Below, piece after piece: positions 48,738 to 59,235 of a DNA stretch of 64,000 bases (positions are counted from its first letter, which is position 1; each line of letters begins with the position of its first letter). Made by a program: the position numbers and the translations under genes. The notes beneath the pieces were generated by a model that saw nothing but the letters and a program-made list of their open reading frames with translations, had not been told where the DNA came from and ran no database searches. Source of the stretch: Actinomycetes bacterium. Its GTDB lineage: Bacteria > Actinomycetota > Actinomycetes > S36-B12 > GCA-2699445. Where the stretch lies: contig JAHZLH010000066.1 of assembly GCA_022599915.1 (NCBI GenBank), positions 5,447-69,446 on the forward strand. The letters run 5' to 3'.

Positions 48738-49943
48738 CTACGAGCCCAGATAGTTCGACTTGCCGGTGCGCAGCGTGTGCATCCAATCGCGGACCGCCTC
48801 GACCCGATGACGTTCTCCCGGCAACAAGTAGGCGTGCAAACCCAGCCACATGAAGAAGGCAGGAGTTCCAGTCACGACATGATGCTGCTTGCCCATCTCC
48901 ACTACCGCCGCGTTGTGGCGGACCATGGCCATGTCCCCCATGTCCCGATAGCGGAACGTGCCCGGGTCGTCACCCTTTCGCTGCCTCCTAATTGCCCTAC
49001 CGACGTGAGTTCCCTGCTGCTTAGCTACCGAGCCAAGTTGTGGCAGCGGCTGTTCGGCAGAAATAGCGGCATCTCCGACACAAAATACGTTTTCGAATCC
49101 GGGCAACCGCAACGATTCGTCCACCTGGTAGCGGCCGCCATGACCCCGCTCCGGTTCTGGGTCCATTGCAGGTCCGGACACGGATAGCCCACCCGCCCAA
49201 ATGGTGAGATGTGAGGGCAGCGACGAGCCATCGTCGAACCGGACTTCCGACTCGGTGATTTCCGAGACTGCATGCCCGAGGTGCAACTGCACTCCAGCCT
49301 CCGACATTTCCTCGGCAGCGAACTGTTGACTCTCTGCCGCCATAGCCGGCAGCGGAACCTCACCCCGGTCAACCAAATGTAGATTAATGGAGCGCGAGTC
49401 CAGCTCCGGAAAAGTGCGCGGCAGGACTTTGGTCACCACATCGGTAAGGGCGCCACTGATCTCTACTCCGGTCGCACCCGCTCCCACAACCACGATCTGA
49501 ATCGGCCCAGCAACGGTGGGGCCCAACTCCTGTAGCCGGGCCTTGATCGCGCGGGCATGCGCGCCGGTGTAGAGCGGGTAGCTGTGCTCGGCAGCACCGG
49601 GGATTCCGTAGAAGTTCACCGTCGCGCCGGTGGCTAGCACCAGGTGATCAGCACTTACCTGCTCGCCATCCGCCGTGGTGACTTCGCGGTTCGCCAGGTC
49701 CACCGCGACGACTCGATCGGCAATGGCGGTGACCTTGTCCATCCGAGCGAAACTGAAATCTAGCGTGTCCGGATCGATAAGACCGGTAGCAGCCTGATAT
49801 AGCAGCGGCTGAAAGGTCTGCTTGCCGTTGGTATCGATCAACGAGACCGGAATATCGTGGCTGGTGAGTTCGTGAGCTGCGTAGTAGCCGCCAAACCCGC
49901 CACCAACTATGACAACTTCTCGGTGAATGGCAGCCATTATCAA
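48738..49943 (-). CDS. Type II NADH dehydrogenase-like FAD-dependent oxidoreductase
   Basis: 401 aa with two dinucleotide folds (VVIVGGGFGGYY and IVVVGAGATGVE). Confidence 0.85.
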   Translation of the reverse strand: MIMAAIHREVVIVGGGFGGYYAAHELTSHDIPVSLIDTNGKQTFQPLLYQAATGLIDPDTLDFSFARMDKVTAIADRVVAVDLANREVTTADGEQVSADHLVLATGATVNFYGIPGAAEHSYPLYTGAHARAIKARLQELGPTVAGPIQIVVVGAGATGVEISGALTDVVTKVLPRTFPELDSRSINLHLVDRGEVPLPAMAAESQQFAAEEMSEAGVQLHLGHAVSEITESEVRFDDGSSLPSHLTIWAGGLSVSGPAMDPEPERGHGGRYQVDESLRLPGFENVFCVGDAAISAEQPLPQLGSVAKQQGTHVGRAIRRQRKGDDPGTFRYRDMGDMAMVRHNAAVVEMGKQHHVVTGTPAFFMWLGLHAYLLPGERHRVEAVRDWMHTLRTGKSNYLGS

Positions 49944-49967
49944 CCTTTCTGACGCAGCCTCCCGAGA

Positions 49968-51275
49968 CTAACGCGAGTCAGACCTACTCTCAGCCTGAGC
50001 AGCCTGTAGATCCGCTTGTTTGTTGGCATTCGCTCGTCGCAATGCTCGGCGCAGCAAACCCGGCACGATAATTGCAGCGGCAATACTGACCGCGAGGAAG
50101 AAAATCTCTAGCGATACCGAGCCCAGCGCGTGCCCCCAGATGAGGGTGCCGACCGGAGCGCCTAGACCGGTAACCAACATGTAGGTAGCCAGATACTCAT
50201 TCTCCTCTTCGCCGGAGACCCCACGTGTTGCAGAGACATACAAGAATGAGGACACGCTGAAGAACACCGCACCGAAAATGAACAGGCAAACGACCAGCAG
50301 GTAGAACCGGTCGGAAGCGCCAATGAAAACGAGTCCGCTCAACAACAGCAAGGCCACACTGGTGATCTGGACTGCACGGGTTGCTGCCACCAGCGAGGCC
50401 CGGCCGCGTTGCAATCTACGAACTACAAACGGGGTGAGCACCTGTCCGGCGGCCACAATCGTGAGGACAAGGCCAGCCTTCTTGGCATCGTTGTGCCCCA
50501 ACTGGTTCAAGATCGGAACGATCATGGTGATCAGTGGGCCTAACAGGATCGCAGAGGCCAACCCCAGCCACACCGCAGAGCGCAGCGGTCGCGAGGAGCG
50601 TAGGCAATTCACCATGTCACGCCAGGGGTGAACCACCGTCTTGGGGCGCGGTAGCGTCGTTCTTGGGGGCAGCAGGGCCAGGAAAATCACGGCTGGAATC
50701 GCGAGAACCGCGCCTACGAAGTACAACGGTTCCGCACCAAATTCATCGATCGCAAAGCCGCCAGCCAAGGCACCGACGGCAGAAGCCGCGCCATAGAACA
50801 TCCGGTTTTGCGCGGTTGCATCGTCCAACGACAAACCCGAGTAGCACTCCAACAGCGGCGGATTGAGCGGCTTCTTGATGCCACTCAGCAGACCAACCAA
50901 ACCGCCGTAGCCGAGGAGCACCGGAAGGATCGAACCACCGGCTTCGTCGATGGTGAGCAAGATTCCCGCGATGAAGGTGACCGACACCGAGCCGATCTTG
51001 ACCAGACAGATAGTTCTTACTGTCCCGATCTTGCGGGCAATCCGGGTTGCGTAGGGGATCGCGAGCGACCGGAGCACCAGGTTCAACGAAAAGACCAGCG
51101 ATGTGATCCGGGCCTTCTCGCCAAGATCATCACCGGCCGCCGTAGCCGCGAGGACAGCCGTGGCGAGGTAGACCGCGGTCGCACCCAAGGAGCTCACCGC
51201 TGACAAGATCAGGTACCCAAGGAATCGCCCGTCGCGCCCTGAAGCGGGCTTGTGATCGGACATCGGCCGACTCAT
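49968..51275 (-). CDS. MFS-type transporter
   Basis: 435 aa with about 12 hydrophobic segments. GGGGAGAC lies upstream of the ATG. The stop is 24 nt before the NDH-2-like gene's start. Confidence 0.75.
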   Translation of the reverse strand: MSRPMSDHKPASGRDGRFLGYLILSAVSSLGATAVYLATAVLAATAAGDDLGEKARITSLVFSLNLVLRSLAIPYATRIARKIGTVRTICLVKIGSVSVTFIAGILLTIDEAGGSILPVLLGYGGLVGLLSGIKKPLNPPLLECYSGLSLDDATAQNRMFYGAASAVGALAGGFAIDEFGAEPLYFVGAVLAIPAVIFLALLPPRTTLPRPKTVVHPWRDMVNCLRSSRPLRSAVWLGLASAILLGPLITMIVPILNQLGHNDAKKAGLVLTIVAAGQVLTPFVVRRLQRGRASLVAATRAVQITSVALLLLSGLVFIGASDRFYLLVVCLFIFGAVFFSVSSFLYVSATRGVSGEEENEYLATYMLVTGLGAPVGTLIWGHALGSVSLEIFFLAVSIAAAIIVPGLLRRALRRANANKQADLQAAQAESRSDSR

Positions 51276-51376
51276 TAGTCTCCCCTCAGATCAACGAAAA
51301 CGCGGATTTCCCCTGCGGACAACCGCCATCGCTTGGCATATGAATCAGCAGCTTTTCATTGCGCAAACAGTAGCGA

Positions 51377-52375
51377 CTAACCGACGAAGGGGTCGACACC
51401 AACCGCCAAAAAAAGCAGCGACAGGTAGGTAATCGAGCCGTGGAATAGCCGCATGGGTCGCGGGACCCCGGCACGAACTTGACCCCGCAATACGTATACC
51501 TGCCAGAGAAAGCCAGCCCCGAGTAACACTGCCGCTACCGAGTACAACCATCCCATTCCCGCCACTGGTATCAACAGCAGCGAACATCCGACCATCAGCC
51601 AGGAGTAGCGCATGATGCGGACCATGACCGTGGTGTCCTCGCTGACGACCGGCAGCATCGGCACCTCAGCCGCGGCATAGTCCTCGCGGTATCGCATCGA
51701 GAGCGGCCAATAGTGCGGGGGGGTCCAGAAAAAGACGATCATGAACAGCACGACTGGTGACCAGGCGAGCCCGCCGGTAACGGCTGACCAACCAATCAGC
51801 ACTGGCATGCAGCCGGCGGCACCGCCCCAGACGATATTCTGCGGCGTGCGCCGTTTCAGCAGCAACGTGTAGCCGAGAACGTACATCCCGATGGCAGCGG
51901 CACCCAGCGCAGCGGCGACTAGATTGCTGGTTGCCGCCAGAATGATTACCGCCAGCACCGCCAGCGTCCAACCGAGAATCAGCGCGTGACGGGGTGGTAC
52001 CGCACCCGAGACCAAGGGACGGTTTTCGGTGCGATGCATGAGCGCATCAATGTCACGATCCAGGTACGAGTTGAAGGTGTTGGCGCCACCAGCAGCGAGT
52101 GCACCACCTACCAAAGTTCCGATTGCTACCCCAAACGGCGGCCAGCCATCAGCAGCCAACAGCATGGCTGGCACGGTCGTCACCAACAGCAACTCAATAA
52201 TCCGTGGCTTGGTTAGGGCAAGATAATCATTGAAGATTCGCCACCGAGATTTGCCGGCCGAGTTAGCAGGCTGAGCAGACTCGGCGGGAACCGACCCCGA
52301 AGATTCAACATTGGCCGCGGTTGCGTCCGCAGCGGGATTCGCCTGCACGGACTCCTCCGGATTCAGTGCTGTCAC
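51377..52375 (-). CDS. ctaB: Protoheme IX farnesyltransferase (heme O synthase)
   Basis: 332 aa with the UbiA-family motif NSYLDRDIDALMHRT. It is polytopic. Confidence 0.93.
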   Translation of the reverse strand: MTALNPEESVQANPAADATAANVESSGSVPAESAQPANSAGKSRWRIFNDYLALTKPRIIELLLVTTVPAMLLAADGWPPFGVAIGTLVGGALAAGGANTFNSYLDRDIDALMHRTENRPLVSGAVPPRHALILGWTLAVLAVIILAATSNLVAAALGAAAIGMYVLGYTLLLKRRTPQNIVWGGAAGCMPVLIGWSAVTGGLAWSPVVLFMIVFFWTPPHYWPLSMRYREDYAAAEVPMLPVVSEDTTVMVRIMRYSWLMVGCSLLLIPVAGMGWLYSVAAVLLGAGFLWQVYVLRGQVRAGVPRPMRLFHGSITYLSLLFLAVGVDPFVG

Positions 52376-52640
52376 CGGCTGCTCCGTCCCGTAATCGCTG
52401 CGTCGCTAAGCGCTGCCCGACTGACCAATCTACTGCCAGATTTGACCCGTCGAGGCGATCGCCGGTTCGAGTACCAGCCAACGCCCCCCTTAGTCTATCG
52501 GCAAGGCGCCAACGACACCGCACGTCGTCCGGCCACAACGCGACGCTCCCCCATGGTTGGGCCAAAACGGCTGTCCGCCCGCTAGGCTGCCGGACAGATA
52601 CCCGGGCGCTCCGCCCCAGTCGCCGTGGAAGGAACTTCAG

Positions 52641-54719
52641 GTGAATAACGACCTCAACTGGTCCGAACTAGACGATCGCGTGGTAGCCACCGCCCGACTG
52701 TTGGCCGCAGATGCCGTGCAGAAGACCGGCAACGGGCACCCCGGCACCGCCATGAGTCTGGCCCCCGCTGCCTACCTGCTGTTCCAGCAGTACCTCCGCC
52801 ACGATCCCAATGATGCCAAGTGGCTAGGGCGAGACCGATTTGTACTATCAGCAGGTCACTCCTCGTTGACGCTGTACATTCAACTGTTTCTCTCCGGCTA
52901 CGGCTTGGAGTTGTCCGATCTGGAATCGTTCCGCACCTGGGGCAGCCTGACTCCCGGCCATCCGGAGTACGGCCACACTGTCGGCGTGGAGACGACCACC
53001 GGACCACTGGGACAAGGGCTCGCCACCGGTGTTGGCATGGCGATGGCACAGCGCTATGAGCGTGGGCTTTTCGACCCGGGCGCCGCTCCCGGCACGAGCC
53101 CCTTCGACTACCACGTGTATGTCATTGCGGGTGATGGTTGCATGGAGGAGGGCATCACTTCGGAGGCCTCCTCACTGGCAGGGACCCAAGAACTGGGTAA
53201 CTTGACCGTCATTTGGGACGACAACCACATCAGCATTGAGGACGACACTGCAATCGCCTTCGGTGAGCACACCGTGGATCGCTACCGCGCCTACGGCTGG
53301 CATATCGAAGAGGTGGCGCTCAGCTCCGACGGCTCGGTGGATGTTCCGGGCGTGGCGCGAGCGCTCGCCGCTGCCCGTGCCGAAACCTCCCGGCCTACCT
53401 TTATCCGGCTGCGCAGCGTGATTGGCTGGCCCGCTCCCACCAAGCAAAACACCTACAAAGCGCACGGCGCTGCCCTGGGAGCCGATGAGGTGGCCGCGAC
53501 CAAGGAAATCCTGGGATTTGATCCCAACAAATCTTTCGAGGTGGCTGACGAAGTGCTGGCGCATGCCCGGGAGGTGAAAGATCGCGGGGCCGCACTACAT
53601 GCCGAGTGGCAGCAGAACTTCGACGCTTGGTGCAACGCCAATCCGGACCGGGCCGCATTACTCGATCGGATTCAGTCGGGTGTCCTTCCTGACATCCCGC
53701 TACCGGATTTCGAAGCCGGTAGCTCCATCGCCACTCGGAAAGCTTCCAGCCAGGTCATCCAGGCAATAGCGGGCGTGCTGCCGGAGTTCGTCGGTGGCTC
53801 CGCCGACCTTGCGGAGAGCAATCTCACCACGATCGAGGGTGGCGGGTCATTCCTACCCGCCAACGTAGAGGTCAAGCCAGACTCACCGTTCGCTGGACCA
53901 CACTCCCCCTACGGCCGAATCCTCCACTTTGGGGTCCGAGAGTTTGCGATGGGTGCGGCCATTAACGGCATGGCGCTAACCGGACTATGCAAGCCATTCG
54001 GCGGCACCTTTCTCGTCTTCAGCGACTACATGCGCGGCGCGGTTCGCCTTGCAGCGCTCATGAAGAGCCCGTCAACTTTCGTGTGGACCCACGACAGCGT
54101 TGGTCTCGGTGAGGACGGTCCCACCCATCAGCCGATCGAGCACCTCTGGTCGCTGCGGTTGATTCCCGACTTCAACGTCATTCGACCTGCTGATGCCACC
54201 GAAACCGCTGTGGCTTGGCGGACAATTCTGGAACGCGGCGAACCCGCTGGGATCGCGCTCACCCGCCAGGGCGTCCCCACGATCGATCGCAGCACTCATC
54301 CGTCGGCAGATCTGGTAGCCAAGGGCGGCTACGTCCTGTCTGACCCGGAAGGTGATCCGGACGTTTTGCTGTTGGCGACCGGCTCCGAAGTCAGTCTGGC
54401 GATGACCGCCGCCGACTCGCTGGCCAGCGAAGGCGTGGCAGCCCGAGTCGTTTCGTTGCCTTGCCTGGAATGGTTCGACAGCCAAGACATGGACTACCGC
54501 GAATCGGTGCTGCCTGGTGGCGTACGCGCCCGAGTGTCCGTGGAGGCAGGCGTTACCGCTGGTTGGTGGAAATACCTGGGCAGCGCGGGTCGCGCAATCG
54601 GGATCGATCACTTCGGTGCCTCCGCCGACGGTGCGCTGTTGTACGAGAAATTCGGCATTACGGCGGAGGCCGTCGTAGCAGCGGCTAAAGAATCCATCGC
54701 TGACGCGGCGTCCTTGTAG
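52641..54719 (+). CDS. tkt: Transketolase
   Basis: I prefer GTG 52641 (GGAAGGAAC upstream, 692 aa). It contains GNGHPG and GDGCMEEG ThDP motifs. Confidence 0.96.
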   Translation: MNNDLNWSELDDRVVATARLLAADAVQKTGNGHPGTAMSLAPAAYLLFQQYLRHDPNDAKWLGRDRFVLSAGHSSLTLYIQLFLSGYGLELSDLESFRTWGSLTPGHPEYGHTVGVETTTGPLGQGLATGVGMAMAQRYERGLFDPGAAPGTSPFDYHVYVIAGDGCMEEGITSEASSLAGTQELGNLTVIWDDNHISIEDDTAIAFGEHTVDRYRAYGWHIEEVALSSDGSVDVPGVARALAAARAETSRPTFIRLRSVIGWPAPTKQNTYKAHGAALGADEVAATKEILGFDPNKSFEVADEVLAHAREVKDRGAALHAEWQQNFDAWCNANPDRAALLDRIQSGVLPDIPLPDFEAGSSIATRKASSQVIQAIAGVLPEFVGGSADLAESNLTTIEGGGSFLPANVEVKPDSPFAGPHSPYGRILHFGVREFAMGAAINGMALTGLCKPFGGTFLVFSDYMRGAVRLAALMKSPSTFVWTHDSVGLGEDGPTHQPIEHLWSLRLIPDFNVIRPADATETAVAWRTILERGEPAGIALTRQGVPTIDRSTHPSADLVAKGGYVLSDPEGDPDVLLLATGSEVSLAMTAADSLASEGVAARVVSLPCLEWFDSQDMDYRESVLPGGVRARVSVEAGVTAGWWKYLGSAGRAIGIDHFGASADGALLYEKFGITAEAVVAAAKESIADAASL

Positions 54720-54854
54720 TAATCGCCACTCGCTATCCTTCGACACAGACGGACCGAGATCCGGATTCGGTAGGCAAAGGGGCAGCAAGGTCGATAGCCT
54801 CACCGGAGCAGGCGGCTATACCTGGATAGCCCGCGCACGCTCTGAGGAGGCTCG

Positions 54855-55979
54855 ATGTCGGATCGATTGAAATCACTCGCAAATGCTGGGGTGTCTATTT
54901 GGCTGGATGATCTAGACCGGGATCGACTACGTTCCGGTGAACTGGCAACAATGATCGACACTGACAGCATTTCCGGGGTGACAACCAACCCAGCAATCTT
55001 CAATAACGCCATCACCGGTGGGGCCAGTTCGTATGAGAGCCAACTCCAAGACTTGGCTACTCGCGGTGTCAGCGTCGGCGAGGCAGTACGGGCGATCACC
55101 ACGCGAGATGTTCGCGATGCTTGTGACGTCATGCGGCCGGTCTACGACAGCACTCGCGGGATCGACGGTCGAGTCTCGATCGAAGTAGATCCTCGGTTTG
55201 CCACCAAGACCGCCCAAACCATCGCAGCAGCCCGAGCGCTGCATTGGATGGTCGATCGCCCCAACGTGTTGATCAAGATTCCTGGCACGGTGGAAGGACT
55301 ACCGGCCATCACTCAAGCGCTAAGCGAGGGAATCGACGTTAACGTCACGCTCATTTTCAGTCCCAAGGCATACATCGGAGTCATGGACGCCTGGCTCAGT
55401 GGCTTGGAACAGGCGGCTGATAACGGTCACGACCTGAGCACCCTCCATTCAGTCGCCTCGTTCTTCGTCAGCAGGGTCGATTCCGAAGTAGACAACCGCA
55501 TCGACGGTATTGGCACCCCCGAAGCCGAAGAACTCCGTGGTAAGGCGGGCATCGCTAATGCACGACTGGCCTATGCGGAGTTCGAGCAAGTGATGGCTTC
55601 GGACCGCTGGCAGGCGCTCGCCGCTAAGGGAGCACTGCCACAGCGGCCACTGTGGGCCTCAACCGGGGTGAAGGACACCCGTTACGACGACACCCGCTAC
55701 GTGATGGACCTTGTCACAGCGGACGTGGTGAACACCATGCCGGAAAAGACCATGCAGGCCGTCGCCGATCATGGCGAGGTCAAGGGCGACACCATCAAGC
55801 CGAACATCGAAGATGCTCGGCAAGTATTCGCCGACATCGCCGCAGTGGGTATCGACATGGACGACGTCTTCAAGGTGCTCGAAGACGAAGGAGTCGAGAA
55901 GTTCGTCGTGGCTTGGGAAAACCTACTCGACAACCTGCAGCAGGCACTCAATCAGCGGGGAGACACAACAGCATCATGA
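54855..55979 (+). CDS. tal: Transaldolase (long actinobacterial type)
   Basis: 374 aa with blocks GVTTNPAIF and ASFFVSRVD. GAGGAGG lies upstream. Confidence 0.95.
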   Translation: MSDRLKSLANAGVSIWLDDLDRDRLRSGELATMIDTDSISGVTTNPAIFNNAITGGASSYESQLQDLATRGVSVGEAVRAITTRDVRDACDVMRPVYDSTRGIDGRVSIEVDPRFATKTAQTIAAARALHWMVDRPNVLIKIPGTVEGLPAITQALSEGIDVNVTLIFSPKAYIGVMDAWLSGLEQAADNGHDLSTLHSVASFFVSRVDSEVDNRIDGIGTPEAEELRGKAGIANARLAYAEFEQVMASDRWQALAAKGALPQRPLWASTGVKDTRYDDTRYVMDLVTADVVNTMPEKTMQAVADHGEVKGDTIKPNIEDARQVFADIAAVGIDMDDVFKVLEDEGVEKFVVAWENLLDNLQQALNQRGDTTAS

Positions 55980-57511
55980 CCATGACCCACCACAATCCAC
56001 TCCGAGATCGACGCGACCTACGCCTTCCCCGGGTCGCCGGACCCAGTGGGATGGTCATTTTTGGTGTAACCGGCGACCTGGCCCGTAAGAAGGTCATGCC
56101 AGCTATCTATGATCTCGCCAATCGTGGCCTGCTGCCGCCAAACTTTGCCCTCGTGGGCTTCGCCCGCCGCGACTATGAGAATCAGGATTTCGCCCAGATC
56201 GTTCACGATGCGGTTCGGGAGCATTCCCGGACCGAGTTCCGCGAGGAGGTCTGGGCACAACTATCCGAAGGGATTCGCTACGTCGCTGGTGATCTAGGCG
56301 ACCCGAAAGCTTTTCAAGAGTTAGCCCGCGTGCTGGGTGAACTGGATCAGAATCGGGGCACCGGCGGTAATCACGCCTACTACTTTTCCATCCCGCCCCG
56401 ATTTTTCCCGGTGGTGACCGAACAGTTGCAGGCCGCTGGGCTAACTCACTCAGACAAAGGGGCATGGAATCGGGTCATTATCGAGAAGCCATTCGGCCAC
56501 GATCTGCAGTCGGCCCAGGATCTGAACAAGATTGTGGACAGTGTGTTTCCAGCCGATGCGGTCTTCCGGATTGACCATTATCTGGGTAAGGAAACGGTGC
56601 AGAACATGTTGGCGATTCGTTTCGCCAACAACCTGTACGAACCCATTTGGAACAACAATTTCGTCGACAGCATCCAAATAACCATGGCTGAGGACATCGG
56701 CATTGGCAGTCGGGCCGGCTACTACGACGGTATTGGCGCTGCTCGGGATGTGATCCAGAACCATCTGATCCAGTTGCTGGCCCTAGTGGCGATGGAGGAG
56801 CCGACGGGCTTCAGCGCCGCAGCCGTGCGGGCGGAGAAGGAGAAAGTGCTCAGTTCCATGGTGCTACCACCGGATCTGAGCAAGCACACCGCTCGCGGCC
56901 AGTATGCCGCCGGCTGGCAGGCTGGCGTGGAAGTCAAGGGTTACCTGCAGGAGGACGGTATTCCGGCGGACTCAACCACCGAAACCTTCGCCGCCATCCG
57001 GGTGGATATTGAGAATCGTCGCTGGGCAGGCGTGCCATTCTACGTTCGGACCGGCAAACGACTCGGACGTCGAGTGACCGAGGTCGCCGTCATCTTGAAA
57101 CGCGCGCCGCACCTGCCGTTCCAAAGTTCGCATACGGTAGCCAAGGAACTTGGCTCCAACGCCATCGTGTTCCGGATCCAGCCAGACGAAGGTATGACCG
57201 TTCGGTTCGCCGCGAAGGTTCCCGGTACTCGCCGAGAGATTCGCAACGTGAACATGGACTTCCAGTACGGCGAATCATTCACACAGTCCTCCCCCGAGGC
57301 CTACGAACGGCTCATCTTGGATGTACTGCTGGGCGAGCCACCACTCTTCCCGCAGCACACCGAAGTCGAACTGTCATGGAAGATCTTGGATCCAGTTCTC
57401 GCGCACTGGGCGGAACAAGGGCAACCGGAACAGTACGCGTCTGGAGGCTGGGGGCCACCCTCCGCGTACCAAATGATGGCTAACGATGGGCGTAGTTGGA
57501 GGCGGCCATGA
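55976..57511 (+). CDS. zwf: Glucose-6-phosphate 1-dehydrogenase
   Basis: I prefer ATG 55976 (ATGA overlap with the tal stop, 511 aa). It contains GVTGDLARKK and RIDHYLGKE. Confidence 0.96.
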   Translation: MTMTHHNPLRDRRDLRLPRVAGPSGMVIFGVTGDLARKKVMPAIYDLANRGLLPPNFALVGFARRDYENQDFAQIVHDAVREHSRTEFREEVWAQLSEGIRYVAGDLGDPKAFQELARVLGELDQNRGTGGNHAYYFSIPPRFFPVVTEQLQAAGLTHSDKGAWNRVIIEKPFGHDLQSAQDLNKIVDSVFPADAVFRIDHYLGKETVQNMLAIRFANNLYEPIWNNNFVDSIQITMAEDIGIGSRAGYYDGIGAARDVIQNHLIQLLALVAMEEPTGFSAAAVRAEKEKVLSSMVLPPDLSKHTARGQYAAGWQAGVEVKGYLQEDGIPADSTTETFAAIRVDIENRRWAGVPFYVRTGKRLGRRVTEVAVILKRAPHLPFQSSHTVAKELGSNAIVFRIQPDEGMTVRFAAKVPGTRREIRNVNMDFQYGESFTQSSPEAYERLILDVLLGEPPLFPQHTEVELSWKILDPVLAHWAEQGQPEQYASGGWGPPSAYQMMANDGRSWRRP

Positions 57512-58458
57512 TTAGGCTCGAAAACACCACTGGAAACGATATTTCCGCTGAAATCACCCGACTCCGGCACCGGATGGGTGCGCCCGCCACCGGGATGGTG
57601 TTGACGCTGCTGATTCTCGCGGATGAGACCAGTCAGGCAGACGCTACGCTGGCGGCCACTCAGGCTGCGCATGAGCATCCGATGCGGATTCTGGTCCTCA
57701 TCCCGCGACCGGACAGTCAGTTCGATCGGCTCGATGCTGAGATCTCCGTCGGTGGTGATGACGGTCCCGGCGAGGTAGTAGTGATGCGGCTCCGCGGCGT
57801 GCTGGCCGAACACGCCGGTTCGGTTGCCATCCCATTACTCCTCTCCGACACCCCAATCGTGGCGTGGTGGCCACATGATGCCCCCGAGGTTCCGCAACGG
57901 GGTGACATTGGCGCCCATTCCACACGCCGAATAACCAACGCGATGTCAGATCCAGACCAGGTGGCAGCGTTGAAGCGGCATGCCGAGGGCTACCAGCCAG
58001 GCGATACCGATCTGGCGTGGACCCAAATCACTGGTTGGCGCACGTTGTTGGCCTCGACGCTTGATGCGAACCACCCTCAGATTCTGGGAGCCGAGGTACA
58101 TGTTCTCTGGGCCACCGCGGCAGCGCACCTGCTCGCCGCTTGGCTGGGGAGTCGGCTGAAAGTGCCGGTCAGCGTCGTCGAAAGTGAGGGACCAGGCATC
58201 ACCGAGGTCCGACTGCTCACTGCCGAGTCAGACATCACCATCGTTCGCCCCGATGGCCGTACCGCAACCCTGGAGCGTGAAGGTCAGGCGCCAGCCACCA
58301 TCGCGCTACCGCGACGGGACTGGGGTGAGCTCATGCTGGAGGAACTACGTCGCTTGGATCCCGATGAAATCTATGGTGAGGCGCTTCAGGCGCTAGACCA
58401 GGTAGGGGTCGGACCGCTAGCAGTGGGAGTTGTCACCGAGGAGAACGGCGATGGCTAG
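57508..58458 (+). CDS. opcA: OpcA, G6PDH assembly/allosteric effector protein
   Basis: ATG 57508 forms an ATGA overlap with the zwf stop (316 aa). Its position between zwf and pgl, and its length, are typical of OpcA. Confidence 0.88.
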   Translation: MIRLENTTGNDISAEITRLRHRMGAPATGMVLTLLILADETSQADATLAATQAAHEHPMRILVLIPRPDSQFDRLDAEISVGGDDGPGEVVVMRLRGVLAEHAGSVAIPLLLSDTPIVAWWPHDAPEVPQRGDIGAHSTRRITNAMSDPDQVAALKRHAEGYQPGDTDLAWTQITGWRTLLASTLDANHPQILGAEVHVLWATAAAHLLAAWLGSRLKVPVSVVESEGPGITEVRLLTAESDITIVRPDGRTATLEREGQAPATIALPRRDWGELMLEELRRLDPDEIYGEALQALDQVGVGPLAVGVVTEENGDG

Positions 58459-59227
58459 CGTCGAGGTGATCGTTCACCCGGATCCCGAATCACTCGCCGC
58501 CTCAGTAGCCGCCCGACTGATTACCCGGATCGTCGACGCGCAGGCTGCCACCGGTACCGCCGGGGTGGTACTGACCGGTGGCGGCATGGGGCAAAAGAGC
58601 CAACAGGCGGTGGTGAGCAACCCGGCAAGCCGCGCGGTGGACTGGCGGAACGTGGACTTCTACTGGGGGGACGAGCGCTTTCTGCCGGCGGGAGATCCCG
58701 ATCGCAATGAGACCCAAGCCCGCGCTGCCATGCTCGACGTACTACCGGTGGATGCCAATCGAGTGCATGCCATGCCCGCCTCGGATGGCGCCTGGGGTGA
58801 CGATGCCGCCGCTGCCGCAGCCGGCCATGCCGCCGAATTAGCTGGCATCGCGGAGACTCAGAACCGCACGACGCCGCGGTTTGATGTGCTGATGCTCGGA
58901 GTCGGACCCGACTCGCACGTGGCCTCGCTCTTTCCTGGCCACGCCGAGACCCGTGTGACCGACCGGCTCGTCGTTCCGGTGCATGACTCCCCCAAGCCAC
59001 CGCCCAACCGGATTTCCTTCACCTTCCCGCTGATCTGTTCAGCGGCGGAGGTGTGGCTGGTCGCTGCTGGGGCGGAGAAAGCGGATGCTCTCGCCGAAGC
59101 ACTTGCCCAGAGCGCAGACCCAGTCCATCACCCGGCTTCCGGGGCGGTTGGTGAACAGCGCACCCTCGCGCTGATCGACAGCGAAGCGGCCGGGCAACTA
59201 CCCGCCGAACTGCGGCGTCGGTCGTAG
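58451..59227 (+). CDS. pgl: 6-phosphogluconolactonase
   Basis: I prefer ATG 58451 (258 aa). DevB/Sol-family blocks present are VVLTGGG, FYWGDERF and LLGVGPDSHVASLFP. Confidence 0.92.
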   Translation: MASVEVIVHPDPESLAASVAARLITRIVDAQAATGTAGVVLTGGGMGQKSQQAVVSNPASRAVDWRNVDFYWGDERFLPAGDPDRNETQARAAMLDVLPVDANRVHAMPASDGAWGDDAAAAAAGHAAELAGIAETQNRTTPRFDVLMLGVGPDSHVASLFPGHAETRVTDRLVVPVHDSPKPPPNRISFTFPLICSAAEVWLVAAGAEKADALAEALAQSADPVHHPASGAVGEQRTLALIDSEAAGQLPAELRRRS

Positions 59228-59235
59228 CGTTCTAG

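Noticed and set aside
51339-51362. ATGAA-N10-TTCAT inverted repeat upstream of the MFS gene as a Rex- or TetR-type operator
   Set aside because: It has only 5-bp arms and does not match the Rex consensus (TGTGAA-N-TTCACA). It is too weak to call.
55652-55975. 5' extension of the zwf ORF (619-aa version). Analogous extensions occur at 43678-44007 (phosphatase), 43142-43246 (permease), 42152-42355 (sufR), 18367-18681 (Nudix-like), 15733-15813 (ackA), 17828-17935 (pta) and 52557-52640 (tkt).
   Set aside because: The extensions overlap the upstream or divergent gene and translate to Arg/Gly/His-rich junk. Internal starts with SD sequences or ATGA/GTGA stop-start overlaps give products of canonical length and N-termini.
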